This document shows positions 11,174 through 24,729 of a stretch of DNA of 64,000 nucleotides, in pieces. The DNA is from Antechinus flavipes (lineage: Eukaryota): contig NC_067400.1 of NCBI RefSeq assembly GCF_016432865.1, forward strand, positions 472,998,001 to 473,062,000. Reading direction: 5' to 3'. Position 1 is the stretch's first letter; each line of letters starts with the position of its first letter. The position numbers and the translations under genes were made by a program. The notes beneath the pieces are model-generated. The model saw only the letters and a program-made list of their open reading frames with translations. It was not told the origin of the DNA and did no database searches.

Positions 11174-11795
11174 GTAAGGCCTTGGCATTCCTCCTGACTT
11201 TTGGAGATCCTCCCAAAGGTCCCACTAATCCAACAGCTAATCTCTGAGAGACAGAGGCTAACTCTGGAGACCCTCCGCTGAATTCTGGGCTTTACAAAGT
11301 TCAGGACGTTCTAGGAACCACTGAGACAAGAAAAGATCAGTAGCTCTGACATCACAGTAGAGCCTTTCTAAGGACCATTACTACATGAAAAAACTCATAA
11401 TGTCATGGAAGGAGTTCTGAGGTGGGCATCAGTATGTCTGAGCTCCATTCCTGTCTAAGATACTTAATACTGGTGCAATCTTGGGCAAGTTCTTTTTTAA
11501 GTCAGTTTCCTCCTCTAGCAAATGAGAATAACAGTACAGGCCCAAACTAGGACATCAGGTTTTTATAAGGCCTAATTAAAAAGACACATAAAATGCTATA
11601 GAAATGTGAATATTAATCATTTTTATCATAATTATTCATATAAATAATAACAACAATAATTGTAATAAAAGATTGGTCACTTAATTCACCAATACACTGT
11701 ATTTATTGGGTACCAAGCAAAAAGGAATAAAGACATTCTTCTCCCATAAGCTTATAATCAGAAATAGCCAAGCATATCTCAATAAATATATTCTT

Positions 11796-12501
11796 TTCCC
11801 CCCCACTTTATTTATTTATTTAGATTAATATATATTGCTTTATGAATCATGTTGGAAGAGAAAAATCAGAGCAAAAGGGGAAAACCATGAGAGAGATTTA
11901 AAAAAAAACAGGAAAAAAATTGAACATAGTATATGTTGATTTACATTCAATCTCCATAGTTCTTTTTCTGGATGCAGATAGCATTTTCTTTCAATCCTAA
12001 AGTCTATTGGAATTGCCTTGGATCACTGAACCACTGAGGAGACCAAGTCTTTCATAGTTGATCATCGCACATTCTTGCTGTTACTGTGTACAATGTATTC
12101 CTGATTCTGCTTGTTTTGCTCAGCATCAGTTCGTGTAAATCTTTCCAGGCCTTTATAAAATCAGCTTGTTCATCATCTTTGATAGAACAATAACATTCCA
12201 CAACTTGTTCAGCCATTCCTCCATTGATGGACATCTACTCATTTTTCAATTCTTTGATACACCAAAGAGATGCTACAAACAGTTTTGTACATGTGGGTCC
12301 TTTTCCCTCCTTTATGATTTCCTTGGGATACAAACCAGTAATGGCACTTCTGGGTGAAAGGGTATGCACAATTTGATAGCCCTTTGGGCATAATTCCAAA
12401 TTGCTCTTCAGAATCATTGAATCATTTCGCAACTCCACTAACAATGCATTAGTGTCCCAGTTTTCCTACATCCCCTCCAACATTTATCATTATATTTTCC
12501 T
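11796..12501 (-). mobile_element. 5'-truncated marsupial L1 3' end with target-site duplication
   Basis: Typical marsupial L1 3' UTR text (gaaaaatcagagcaaaaggg, gttgatcatcgcacattcttgctg). TSD tcaataaa(t/c)atattctt at 11779-11795 and 12502-12518. Confidence 0.85.
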
Positions 12502-13076
12502 TCAATAAACATATTCTTAATAAGAAACCTAATAATTCATTCCCCCCATCTAAACATATTCAAAATAGTACATATAGAGAACAGAATAAAAATATGGTAC
12601 TGATCAATGTCCTACTTGAAAAAAAAACATCTTCCCCAAAAATAGTAATTTTTTCCATAGAAATTTTTTTTAATTTCTGTAAAGCAAGTCTTTTCCTGTT
12701 AATATCCCATTTTTTAAAAAAAAATGAAGAAGCATGTTCCCACTAGGGGAAAAAAAATTTCCAATAGCTTAAATCAACAACTTTTGATGAGGGTTTTGGT
12801 CAGCTTTCTGGCACTTTCAGAGTCACATACAAGCCTGTGCTTTGTACTTTGAAGCCCTTAAAGGCAGCATTCTCCTTTTGCTAATATATGCTTGCAGCCA
12901 ACCTTCCTTGGTCATTTCCCATCCTCAGTCATCGGCATTTCTCCTATGTTGCAGGAGGTTCTTCTCGTTCCACACCCCGCCTCCCTTTTCCCTGTGTGTA
13001 ACTAGAAAATCTTTCATTCAGCAATAGCTTTCACAAAGACAAAGACTCAGAATGGTGGGTTTCAAAGAACTCTCCA

Positions 13077-13078
<2 letters not shown>

Positions 13079-13122
<44 letters not shown>
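13079..13122. repeat. (GT)22 microsatellite
   Basis: Direct reading of the sequence. Confidence 0.97.
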
Positions 13123-13126
<4 letters not shown>

Positions 13127-14059
13127 AGCATGGAGGAAGGACTTGCCAAGACCAGTAGTGAAGGAAAGGGCACTTGGATTTGCATCTTGAGACTTTATGA
13201 TCACAGCCTCCCGTACCCAGCATCCCTCCAGCCTCTCAGAACTGGGTCAAAGCTCCTCAAAAAGGTAGGAAAAGCTAACATAGAATGCTTCCAGCTGTGC
13301 CGAGCCGTGCCATGTTGAAGCAAAGGAAGCTGGGACGTGTGGTCTGGGGAAAGATGTTCCCTCAACCCTAGATAGACATGTGGCTTCTCATTCTGTGATT
13401 CTGTGGTTTGGCCTCCTCTTCCCTCGTTCTGATCTCTGTCTTCTTAAGGGATGGTCTGGCATAGAGTGAGCAGAAGCAGCAGTCTGTTCTGATCCCAAAA
13501 TAAGAAGGGGCCAAATTCTGACTTCATTTCAGAACATGTGTTTGACATTGAAATCAGATGGCATCAGGTGGCTGGTGGAAAACTCTGGTCTGGCAGTCAG
13601 AAGGCCACTGGTTTTGATGCTGACAAATTGCTGTGTGTGTGTGTTATATGTATGTATATATATAGTATGTGTGTGTTATGTGTGTATGTATATCTCATTT
13701 GATCCTCATAGCTTGGGAATTAGAGGCTATTATTATCCCCTTAAGATGAAAAAACTGAGGCAGACAGGTTCAGCAACTTGTTCAAGGTTATATCATTAGT
13801 ATCTGAAGAAGAATATTAAATCAGACTCATAAACCCCACCTACTATCTACTGTGCCATCTCATTGCTTTTTTAAAAAAATGTATTTTATTTTTTATTTAT
13901 GGAATAAAGCAAGCTCTTCTTTGTAACTTCCATTCATAAGTCTGATATCTAAGACAAAGGAAAGGAAATATGATCTTTCTTATATATGTCAGGCTGTCAA
14001 ATCGTTGAAAATAATTATTGTGTTTCCTCTATTTTTTTCTCATTTTTCCATGCTGAGAA

Positions 14060-14960
14060 TCCCCATTTGTGCTAGCTTATTCTAATATGGTGTGGTCTCA
14101 AACAAATCCATCTATGCCTTTAACCAAATGACTGGTAAAAATGCTAAAAAGAATAGGGCCAAGAACAGATTTTCCTGGAGTCCTCTCCTAAAAATCTCCC
14201 TCCTGGTTGACAATGAACTATTCACGATTACTCTTTAGACCTAGTCATTCAATGAAGTCCAAGATATACTCTTGAAAACTTCATCCAAGAGATGACAGAC
14301 TGTTAACTGCTTTGCTAAAATCTAAATAAACCATCTCTATAGCATCTTCTACGTCTATCAGTTTAGTAGCCCCAACAACAAAAATAACCCAGTGAGGTTA
14401 GTCTAGCATGATTTATACATAATGAGACCATCCTGGCCCTGTGCGATCATCTCTTCCCTTATAAACAATTCCTTTGATAATATATTCTACAATTTTCCGG
14501 AACTCCAAGCCTAGTTCACCAGAGTATAATTTGCAGACTCTATGTTCTTCTTTTTCTTGAAAATTGGGACATTTGCCCTTCCGTGGTGCTTTGATGCTTT
14601 TCCTATTTTCCATAATCTTTCAGAGATTGTTGATATTGACTCAGCAATCACATCTGCCAGTCCTTTCTGTTCCTTTGGTCAAATGTTAGCCACATGCTTC
14701 TTTTTACTTCTCCAGAACTTCAAAGGAAGGATCATTTCATCAGTCTGGGTATTCCCATAACTGATACAAATTACAGCTTCCTCCATGCCTTAGTTGACTG
14801 TCTTCATGAATTTCTCTGACCAAAAATAATGGCCAACCCAATGGCCAGTCTTCTTAGGATGATCCTACCTAAGCTATACATCTCTTAATAGGCTATTAGT
14901 CTTAAAAAATAAGCTCATAGTTCATGCAAGTTCAAGGCCTTTCTAGGTTGGTAGGACCTG
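14060..14960 (-). mobile_element. CR1/L3 LINE ORF2 remnant
   Basis: The minus-strand ORF at 14413-14613 (KGKCPNFQEK...FRKIVEYIIK) resembles a frameshifted CR1 ORF2 motif (PIFKKG...PGKILExIIK). Multiple stops. Confidence 0.6.
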
Positions 14961-15599
14961 TGAGCTCCTAACATAATCATTGGATTCTAGGATCATCTCC
15001 ATGCTCTGCAAGAGAAGACACCAGAATAGTTGACTTAAATGACCTCTAAGGTCCTTTCCAACTCTGAATCTTTCATCTTTAGAACCATGTAAAAAAGTAA
15101 GGGAGAATTCAGAAGGGAATGGTAGGCCATATGGAAAGTACAGAAAGGATAATTTCCATGAATTGTTCAAAATTCCATTTCCCATGTCATTGTAAGAAGG
15201 ATGATGTATCTTAGGGTACATTGAAAGGTTACAGTCCTTCTGAATTCTTCCCTAAACATCAGACTCCATTTGGGGTATCGTATTCAGCTCCTGTAGCTAT
15301 ATTTTGGAAAAAACCTTGATAAGTTAGAGCTAAATACCTACAGAAAGGGAGTCAGGTTGGCAAAGGGACTCAAGGTCATACCATATGCAATAATAGCATT
15401 TTAGAATTGTTTATAGACATTTAACCTCATACCATATCAACCCCATGAAGTTATTGTATAAGTAACAGCTTATGGGGGAGAAACTGAGGCTGGTCACACA
15501 GTGAGCCAGTGTCAGAGCTTAGATCCAACCACAGGTATTCCTGATCTCAACTCTAGCACTCCATTCACAATCCTACCCTTCTCCTCATCTGAGAATTAT

Positions 15600-15900
15600 T
15601 AAAGAGAAATAGGGATGTTTATTCTAAAGAAGAGAAAACTAGAGGAGAGAGATGGATCATGATAGCTTTCTTCATGTATTTTAAGGACTGTCACATGGAA
15701 AAGGGATAAGGCTGAATGGGTGGAAGTTTCAGAGCGACCGATTTAGGTATGATGAAAGGAAAAACCTCCTCCCAATTAGAGCTATCCAAAAATGGGATGA
15801 GTTGCCTCCCCGCTTTACGTGAAGCCTTCAAACTGGCTCCCTCAGTCAGAGATGGCATGGAGGAGAATCTCAGGCAAGCTAAGTGTTGAACCAGGCAACC
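15600..15900 (+). mobile_element. CR1/L3 3'-end remnant
   Basis: ggaaaaacctcctcccaattagagctatccaaaaatgggatgagttgcctc is typical of L3 3' ends. A similar fragment lies at about 9730-9860. Confidence 0.55.
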
Positions 15901-16320
15901 CGAGATTCCTTGCAAAAGTGTAACTGAGATTTCTTCTGAGGTCTCAGCAAGCCATAAACCCCGAAGGGTTTGAGCCAATTCCAGATAAAGAGAAGAGCAC
16001 TTTGAGTGGGGAATTAAAAGAAAAACAGTCGAGGTCTGGATAATGTTTTGGATAGATCTTTAGAGATGAGAGACCCAGAGATGAAGATGAAGACAAGGGA
16101 GCTATAATCTGTGAAGCTTCCAAGTGGGGCTGCCTCATCTTAGAAGGGGCAGATTTGTTGGAAGAGAACAGAAGTCGTACATACATGCACACACTCCCCT
16201 TTCCCATCAAACCCCGGAGGTTTGTGCCTTTCGTATTTAAAACATCACTAGCTGACTTTGTCCCAACCAAGCTTTAAGAGGTAAGAAAAGAAGCTGGAAA
16301 TTTGAGCTCTTTCTGAAGCC

Positions 16321-17700
16321 TTAGCCATCACGACCACTCCATCACTGCATCCCTGCTCGCCCAGGCCCCGAGCCCTTCCTAAGAGCATCAGTTCTGTGCA
16401 ATGTTGAGCTCGCCGAGACTCTGTGTGCCCAGGACAGCACCCAGCCCACCGGGGCAGTGTGGTTCTCTCTACCCTGAGCCTAGGGTAGAGATCTACATCT
16501 TAAGGGTCTGGGTCAGCTGGGGTTTTGCAGAACTAAACCAGCCCAAGTTTGCCACCACCACACCCTTCTCTCCCTCTCCGGACCATCGTGACTCGTCTCT
16601 GGGGTGACACCGCCCCTGCCTCCTCGGTCGCCCCTTTCTCCTCCTTCCTCGTACTTTACTGCTTTTCAAGCTTCGGGTCTTGTTAAATTCCCTCCCCCCA
16701 AAAAAGGCTTCTTCCTACGGTCCCCATCTCCTTTCACTTTCTCTGACCCGTTCTGCCTGAAAGATCCATACACACAGCTGCCTTGGGCACCCGAGACCGC
16801 TGCCAAATAGTAACTTCTTTCCCTGTTCTACAAGGGGAAAAATAAAAGGCAGAGTAAACTCAACCCCATGACCCCTCCTTCCAGACGGAGGTTGGAATGG
16901 CTCTGAGCTGAGAGCCAAGCTCTATAAATCTCCCTTGATTGTTGATGGTGCAGAGAGGGGGGCCGGAGCTGAAGAAGGAAAGCTCGATGCCCGAAAAAGG
17001 TATTGTTAAGTAAAAGGGCGACTTTGCACACGTGCGCGCATGACCTCCTATGTCAGCTTCTGTGCTGGGAACATCCAATTATGTAACAGGCAGCATTCCT
17101 TCCTTGGAGCCAGAGATGGGAGCATGAAAGGGGAGAAGGGGCGGCAGATCTAAGCCAGGGAGCTTGGCCAGCTCGGGCAGGCTTTATGGTGTCTGAGAGC
17201 AGCCCGGGCCAGAGCTGGGGAGAAGCGTCCCCACCTGAAATGAAACCCAAGTTGGGGGGGGGGGGCTGGCTAAAGTGACAGCGACAGGAGAGGAAGAGAA
17301 AACTTTCTGGCTCTTGGGGCGCAGTGCGAGGGGATGTATGGTCAGGAAACAGAAAGTCAGTGGGAGGTTATTATGGGTCCTGATGCAGAGAATGAAGGAA
17401 TGAGAAGGAGTTGGACTGAGTCCTTTTCTAGGCTTCCAGGCTATGCAATGAGACAAATATGGGCCAGGCCGAGAGAATCCATGTGAGCCGTGTCTCTTGG
17501 CTCTGCCCTGCCCACGGCCCCAAGGATGCCATCAGTCCCTGTGTCAAAAGGGCAGCGGACACATTCCTCAAGTCTGCATCAGGGTTTCTTAGAAAAAGGG
17601 AACGGGGGGAGGAAGCAGAGGGGGAGATGATGGAAGCAAGGAAGCGCTAGGGCTTATGGACAGAAGGGAGTGGAGGAAAAACAGGGACGCATCCAGGAGG
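16321..17700. promoter_or_regulatory. CpG-enriched, GC-rich intronic patch (candidate enhancer or alternative promoter)
   Basis: About 40 CpG by manual count in ~1.4 kb against a CpG-poor background. Contains E-box CACGTG at 17029-17034, D-box TTATGTAA at 17079-17086, TATAAAT at 16923 and a G12 run at 17254-17265. Confidence 0.4.
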
Positions 17701-18031
17701 AGAGCAGATAGGGAAGAAGGAGACAGGCTTAGAGGAGCCAGTCAGACCTCAAAGCTAGGAGGAAGGGATTAAATAGCAAGCCCAGGGGCTTAAACCAGAC
17801 CAGGGAGGGCTCGGAATAGTCTTCTTAGAAATGATCTCTTCCTCTGAGCCATCTCCCATGAAATATGGGGAGAAGGTCTGGGTGGGAGGGAAGGAAAAGA
17901 GATCTGGCGTATATAGACAGAGAGTCTGGGGTTATTGGGCAGGGCTCTGTTTCCATCGGCCTTGAGAATCACTCTGGTATCATGGGGATTTCTAACCCAA
18001 GTTCTAGGATTCACAGAATTCAGAGGGTCTG

Positions 18032-18160
18032 NNNNNNNNNNNNNNNNNNNNNNNNNNNNNNNNNNNNNNNNNNNNNNNNNNNNNNNNNNNNNNNNNNNNN
18101 NNNNNNNNNNNNNNNNNNNNNNNNNNNNNNNNNNNNNNNNNNNNNNNNNNNNNNNNNNNN
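18032..18160. other. Assembly gap (129 N)
   Basis: N run. Confidence 0.99.
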
Positions 18161-21100
18161 NAACTGAATCTTAGTATGTCCTTCTGTTATGAATGAATGC
18201 TGGCAATAAACATTATTCTGAGCTTGGGTCCATAATCTAAAGATTAAACTGCCCATGGAGAACATGACACACTAAAAGTTAAGATCTATAGTGATGATGC
18301 TTCTTCCACTTTATTTATCCTTTATACAATCATAATGGCCTTGGAGATTACTCTATTCACATTGTTCCTTTCTGTAGGTTTATGGGAGAAATAGAAAGTG
18401 GTTAAACAGTTCTAAATGGTCAAGCAAAACCCTTTATTCTGACTTTGACTCTGCCCAGGGTTATCACAGGTTCCCTAGGAGGGAAGATGTAAGAGACATG
18501 ATGCAGGTAACCATAAGCCATGTAGCCATTAAGAGGCAACGAGGAGATACAGATTATATAGGATCAGGGAGACCTGAGTTCATATCTAATCTAAGACACT
18601 TACTAGCTGGATGACCCTGAGCAAATCACTTCATTTCTGTTTACCCCAATTTCCTCAACTGTAAATTGTGTACCTGCCTATTTAAAAGAATCAAACAAGG
18701 TAATATTTGCAAATCACCTAGCACACTAGGTACTCTATAAATGCTTCATCCTTTCCTTTCCTAAATGCCATCAGCGTGTGCCATTTAAATTGTCCTTCCC
18801 TGAGTTTCCAGATCTCTCTGTTCCTATCTGAACCAATTTCTGCTTCCTATCTCCCTAAATATTTCTCTACAACAGACAGGCTCATTCCCTCTCACCCATC
18901 AAATTTCCTCTAAAAAAGGCAAAGTGAGAGTCAGAATAGTTTTTTTGGCCCAAGTTTCCTACTTTTCAGCTAACACCCCCACCACTGCCCTTCCCAGTCT
19001 AATTTTCCTAGGCCCTGGGCCTGTGTGGCAAAACAGGCACTAGTATATTTGAATGAGTGCTAAGGACGTGCATTGGAATCTTGACACTGAAACTTCTTGC
19101 ATGTTGAATGCATTACTTTCTTTCAATTTCACATTTACTCTTTTAAATGGGAAGATTATCCTTGATTAGCTTGAAGAACACTATAATCATAAGTCCTATA
19201 GCAAGGAAAGGCCTTAGGTAGGAAAAAAAACCATCCAAAACCACCCTCCATTGTGTACTCTATCATTCAGGTATCGGTTTTTGTCTGGTTATGGACTCCG
19301 AGGACCAAATAGTCCTCAGACAGGCCTACAGACAGGATTGTACCCTAAGCAGGCATGAAAGCTGATCATTAGTTCTGTTCTTAAAGCTCTCCTGGCTGGG
19401 AGCCTATAGAGACATTTTGGTTCAGCAGGAAAACTACTGGCTTTGGGAGTTAGGGGACCTGTGTTCAAATCCCAGTCTTGTGATTTACTAGTTGCAACCA
19501 GTAAGTGGTACAGTGAATAAAGCCTGAAATTCAGGAAATCCCAAGTTCAAATTCAAAGTTGGACATTGACTAGCTACCTGACTCTGGACTAGGCAATGAG
19601 CCTATATCCTTAACTGAAAAATGATGCTGATAACAGCATTCACTTTTCTGGGTTGTGAGAACTAAGTGAACTAATAATTTGCAAAAATCTTAAAGCACAA
19701 TACAAAAGCTAGTTATTATTACTTGTCAGCAAATCCCTTATCTGCTCTGAGTCTGTTTCCTTCTCTATAAACTAAAGACTTTAGACTGGAGAATTTCTGA
19801 TTCTAAATCTTATATTAATCCATAGGATGTATAAGATATGTATAGGAAAATAGCTAGATAGAAATTATAACTAAAAATCTTAAATAGTTGTAGGGGCTCC
19901 TAGAATTTCTTGATTTGCCTAGTAGTGTAGAATTTGTCTACATAAGAGGAAGGACTTAAATCTAGGTCTTTTCTGATTTCAAGGCTCTATACCATGATAC
20001 TAATTACTATCACATATTATTGATTATATAAGTATGATTACAAATTAATTATAATTACTATAAGTATGATCATTAATTATAATTAATTAACTGACTTTTT
20101 CAGCAGCACTATGTTCCAACTTTTTAATTGCTTTTCGAATTAAGAATTGTGTAGAATAAGAGGTTTTTAATTTTGTGTGCATGTGATAAACTCCTTTGCC
20201 AGGCCATGGACTCTTTCTCAGAATAATGTTTGTTGATTCATGTCTGAAGGAAATGCGAAATTTCATCAGAGTTTAGGGAAAATAGATGTAATGATTTTCC
20301 CCATCTGTGTTTCTAGACTTCCTGAAATCTATCTATAAACTATTTGGAGTCTTTGGATCCCAAGGCTCTGAACCATTGGCATAAAGCATTAAAAGTATCA
20401 AAAATCAAAATAAGCATCTTCCACTTGTTCCCACTGAAAACAGGGACAGAGCCACATCCCCCTTGCTCTCCCAGGATCGTTTTGCTGGTGGCTGAGCCAT
20501 AAGTGACCTGCCTGTCTTGGCCCAAATCTGTGCTAGTTTCAGCCCGTAGTATTTTGTAAGCCTGTAGGTATTTTCCTAAGGGATGTCAGGCCTAGAAGTT
20601 TCTTGAGGTAATATTTCACTTTGCTTGTCAAGTTACGTTGGCTTTGGCTGCCTTTGGGAGCCATCCTTGCCATCCTTGAGGCTTCGCTCAGGTTATGTGT
20701 TACTTCTTTGGGGGAAAGAATCCCACTTGACCCCGTGCCTGCCCTGACTGGTCTTTGCACAGGAAGGATCTTGCCTTCTATAGTCATACCCAGGTCGGGC
20801 CCTGGTGTCTGGGCAGCCCTGCCTGACCTCTCCCTCCCACTCCTGGGAGTCACATATTCTGCATTGATTCTGGGATAAAGAGATCCTCTCTGTCTGTCTT
20901 GTCACATTCTGGCTGTCTACACTTGGTTACCCGATCAGGATTCCAACAGAAGGTTTGAAATAGGTGGAGTGGACAGTGTATATATAGAGAGAATGTGTGT
21001 GTCTGTGTGCACACATGACTTTCTTTGCAAAGGACCCTGAATTGGAGATTTACAAGTGCCAGGAGATAACCAAAAAGTACACAAGAACTATTCCTTGCTG

Positions 21101-23426
21101 GATCAAAATACTGATAATCTTGTATTTAAAAAAAAAAAAACTGCCAGGAAGTCTACACCTGGGATTTCATCAATAGATAGAAACTATCTATTTCTAGGGA
21201 GCTCCTAGAGTTTACTGATTTGCCCAAAGTCATAGAATTTATATGCATAAGAGAAAGGACTTATAAACTTTTTCTTATTCCAAACCACTATAACATGATA
21301 CAATTACTATCACATATTACTGATTATAATTACTATAGTTATGATTATAATTTCTAGCACATATGACTTAGACTCACAATAATCCTGTGAGGTAGGTAAT
21401 ATAAATATTATTATGCCCATTTTATACATAAACAAACTGAAGTTCAGAAGGAACTTGTCCAGAGTAGTGGAACTAATAATATTAGTAAACAGTTACATAA
21501 TGCTTTAAAAATACTATCTTATTTTATTCTCACAACAATCCTGAGATGTAGATGCTATTTATTATCCCCATTTTACAGATGAGAAAACTGAGGCAGACAT
21601 CAGGGAATGGGCTTATCAGGGATCATACAGCTAGTAAATGTCTGAATCTAGATTTGAATTCAAGTCTTCCAACTCTATTCCCAGTGCTTTATCTACTGAG
21701 CCACCTCCTTGCCTACTATCAAGGATGGAATTAAAACACATTTCACTTGACTCCAAGTCCAGTGCTCTCTTCATTAATCTTTCCTCTTTATATATCCTGG
21801 CTATTTGATATGCTTCTTAAATGGTTCTGGTTAGTATTCAGTTTAGAAGAGTTGGGAGAGAGCTGAAATGGAAGAAATCAGTGAATTTAGTCCAAAATTT
21901 TAGGTTTGAACTCTTTTCTACTACTGAGTAGGCTGTGGGAATCTAAAACAAATCACTTAATCTCTCAGAGCCTCCACTTACTCATTTGTAATTGGAGATA
22001 ATAAGTCTTACATTACATACTTCCCAGACTTGCGAGGTTCAAATGAAGTAGGTGAGATAGGACAAAAGTTTCTTCAGTGCCCTATTCTCTCACCTACCTT
22101 TTTTGGTACTGCGTCCTTCAAAAAGGACACTCAGAGCCCTCTCAGCAAAAATAACCTATCCCTTATAACAACAGCTCATGCTTCTGATCCTTCTCAACTT
22201 CCTTCACTTTAGCCTTTCAATACTTAGATCCCCATCTTCCCTTCTCTTGGGGTCCTTTTCTTTGCTAGGAAACTGATGAATTCATCTGTCTCCATGCAAA
22301 ATATTGGTTCCTATCCAGGTTATAGAGTTCAAGTTTTAACAGGAACTTTCCAGACAGAATATCCTTAATGATGGGAAATTTGATTATCAAGACAAATTAT
22401 TAGAGAAGACATTTTGGGAGACTTTTCAGTGCCCTTTATATCACACCATGTAGGAAGTTGCTTATCTTGCTTACGTACTAGACTGGTCAGACATAATAAT
22501 AGTTAACTCTCATTTGAATGTTTTACAAGTATTATCTTACTTGATCCTCCTAACAACTCTGAAGTAGATTCTATTATTATCCCCATTTTACAGATGATGA
22601 AATAAAGGTTCAGAGAGGTTAAGTGTTTTTCCCCAGCATCACATAGTTAACAAGAGTTTGATATAGTATTCAAACTTAGTTTCCTGACTGATTTTTCCAC
22701 AGTCTGCTTGGTCGGCTCTAAAAGTATTTGGACTTGGCCAGCTTTCAGAATCCAAGGAGACTAAAAAGTAAACTTATGGTCTCTGAATCCTCTTTCCTTA
22801 ACTTTCTAGAATTTGGTTATCAGGTGTTCAGGAGGGTGGTTTCAATAATTTCTGTGCAATAAATTTTTATATGATTTTCTAGTTGTACTTGGTTAGCTAA
22901 TTACCTAGATTATATAGTAGGTTGTGATACAGGTGTGACTGGTTTGCAAAGTTTGACTTCAGGGTGCTCATAGTCTTCATTGGGGAGATGATAGTTCATA
23001 CTTGTATTATCAAGTTGAGTCAGCTAGATGTTCACAGTAGACAAAATGGACTTGGGAGGTAGGAAGAACTGAATTCAAATTTTGCTTGAGACACTCACTA
23101 GCTGGACAAATTACTTAACTTCTGTCTTTTTCAATTTCCTTATCTATAAAATAGAGATACTAATCGCACCTACTCTCAAGATTGATGTAAAGATACAATG
23201 AGATAATATTTATAAAATGCCTTGCAAAACTGAAAGCACTTAAATGCTAGCTATCATAATTATAATTATTACAATCCCCAATTGCCAGGATTTTTATTTA
23301 CAACAGTCCTGTGAGTTAAGTAGTACAAGTATTATTATCCCCACTTTTTAAATGAATAAACTAGTTATGAAAGATAATTCTTTGCTCAGGGTCACAGAGC
23401 TAATGAGTAGCAAGGTTGGTAATCTT

Positions 23427-23908
23427 TTTTGTTTTTTCTCAATAGTTATTTTATTTTTCCAAATATATGCATAGTTTTTAGCCCTCGTTTTTGTAAGACT
23501 TTGTGCTCCAAATTTTTCTTCCCTTCCTTCCTTATCTTTCCCCTCTCTGAGACAGCAAGCAATCCAATATAGGTTAAATATGTGCAATCCTTTTAAACAT
23601 ATTTTCATGTTTGTCATGTGAGACAAGAAAAATCAGACCAAAGGGGAGAGAAACATAAGAAAAAGTAAACAAACAAAAAAGAGGTAAAAATACTATGCTT
23701 TGATCCACATTCAATCTTTATAGTTCTCTCTCTGGATGAGGATGGCACTTTCCATCTCAAGTCTATTGGAGTTGCCTTGAATCTCTTCATTGTTGAAAGA
23801 GCCAAGTCCATCACAGTTGATCATCACATAATCTTCTTACTGTAGACACTGCTCTCTTGCTTGGGCTCACTTCACTCAGTATCAGTTCATGTAAGTCTTT
23901 CCAGAGGA
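23427..23908 (-). mobile_element. Truncated L1 3' end inserted into a MIR-like element
   Basis: Same L1 3' UTR motifs as the other copies. TSD ttggtaatctt at 23416-23426 and 23909-23919. Confidence 0.85.
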
Positions 23909-24710
23909 TTGGTAATCTTCCTTTAAGTCCCATGTGCTTTTTACTAAACCTCAGGAATAATAAAAGAAGCAATTAAGGATGATATCAGTCAAACACTAAG
24001 TGCTACCTAAGACTCTAAGTACATTAGGAATTTAGAACAGATCCCTCAGTATCCGAGTAGTTTGGAAGAAGAAGATTGGATAAGCAAATTGGAAGCGAGA
24101 AGATAAGATAATAAAGTGGAAGGGTGGGTAGAGTTTACATAGTAGAAGGAAGACGAACAATTGTAGTAAAATAAAAGGCTTTGGGGAGAGCCTTTGATTA
24201 TTTTGTACTTCTATGTAGGAAGAAGGTGGTGCAATGAAAGATGCACTGACTGAGAGTCTTGTTCAAAGTCGGCCTCTAATATTTATTATTTGTATGACCT
24301 TGGGGAATTCTCTTATCCCCAAAATGCAGCCATTGGGCTCTGAAGTCCCTTCCATCTTAGACCCATGGTCCTGCTTATTCACCTGCTGGTTGATGGTTGT
24401 CATGGGGGCTTGTATTTAATTCACTCCTAATTGGATGTTCAGTTGACTTTTGGCCATGTCCAACTCCCGTGACTCCACTTGAGGTTTCCATGGCAAAGTG
24501 ACTAGAATGGCTTGCCATTTCTTTCTCCAGCTTATTTTACAGATAGGGAAACTGAGGCAAACCGGGTTAAGTGATTTGTTCAGTATCATAGCAAGTGTCT
24601 GAAATCAGATTTGAAGTCAGAGAGAAAAGTCTTCCTGATTCCAGACCCCAGCAGGTTATTATCCACTCACTGAAGCCGACTTGGAGTTAGTTTTGTTTTA
24701 TTTCAGCCTG

Positions 24711-24729
24711 TGACCACCAGGTGGCAGTA
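24711..24729 (+). promoter_or_regulatory. CTCF-binding motif (near-consensus)
   Basis: TGACCACCAGGTGGCAGTA, with core CCACCAGGTGGCAG. Confidence 0.7.
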
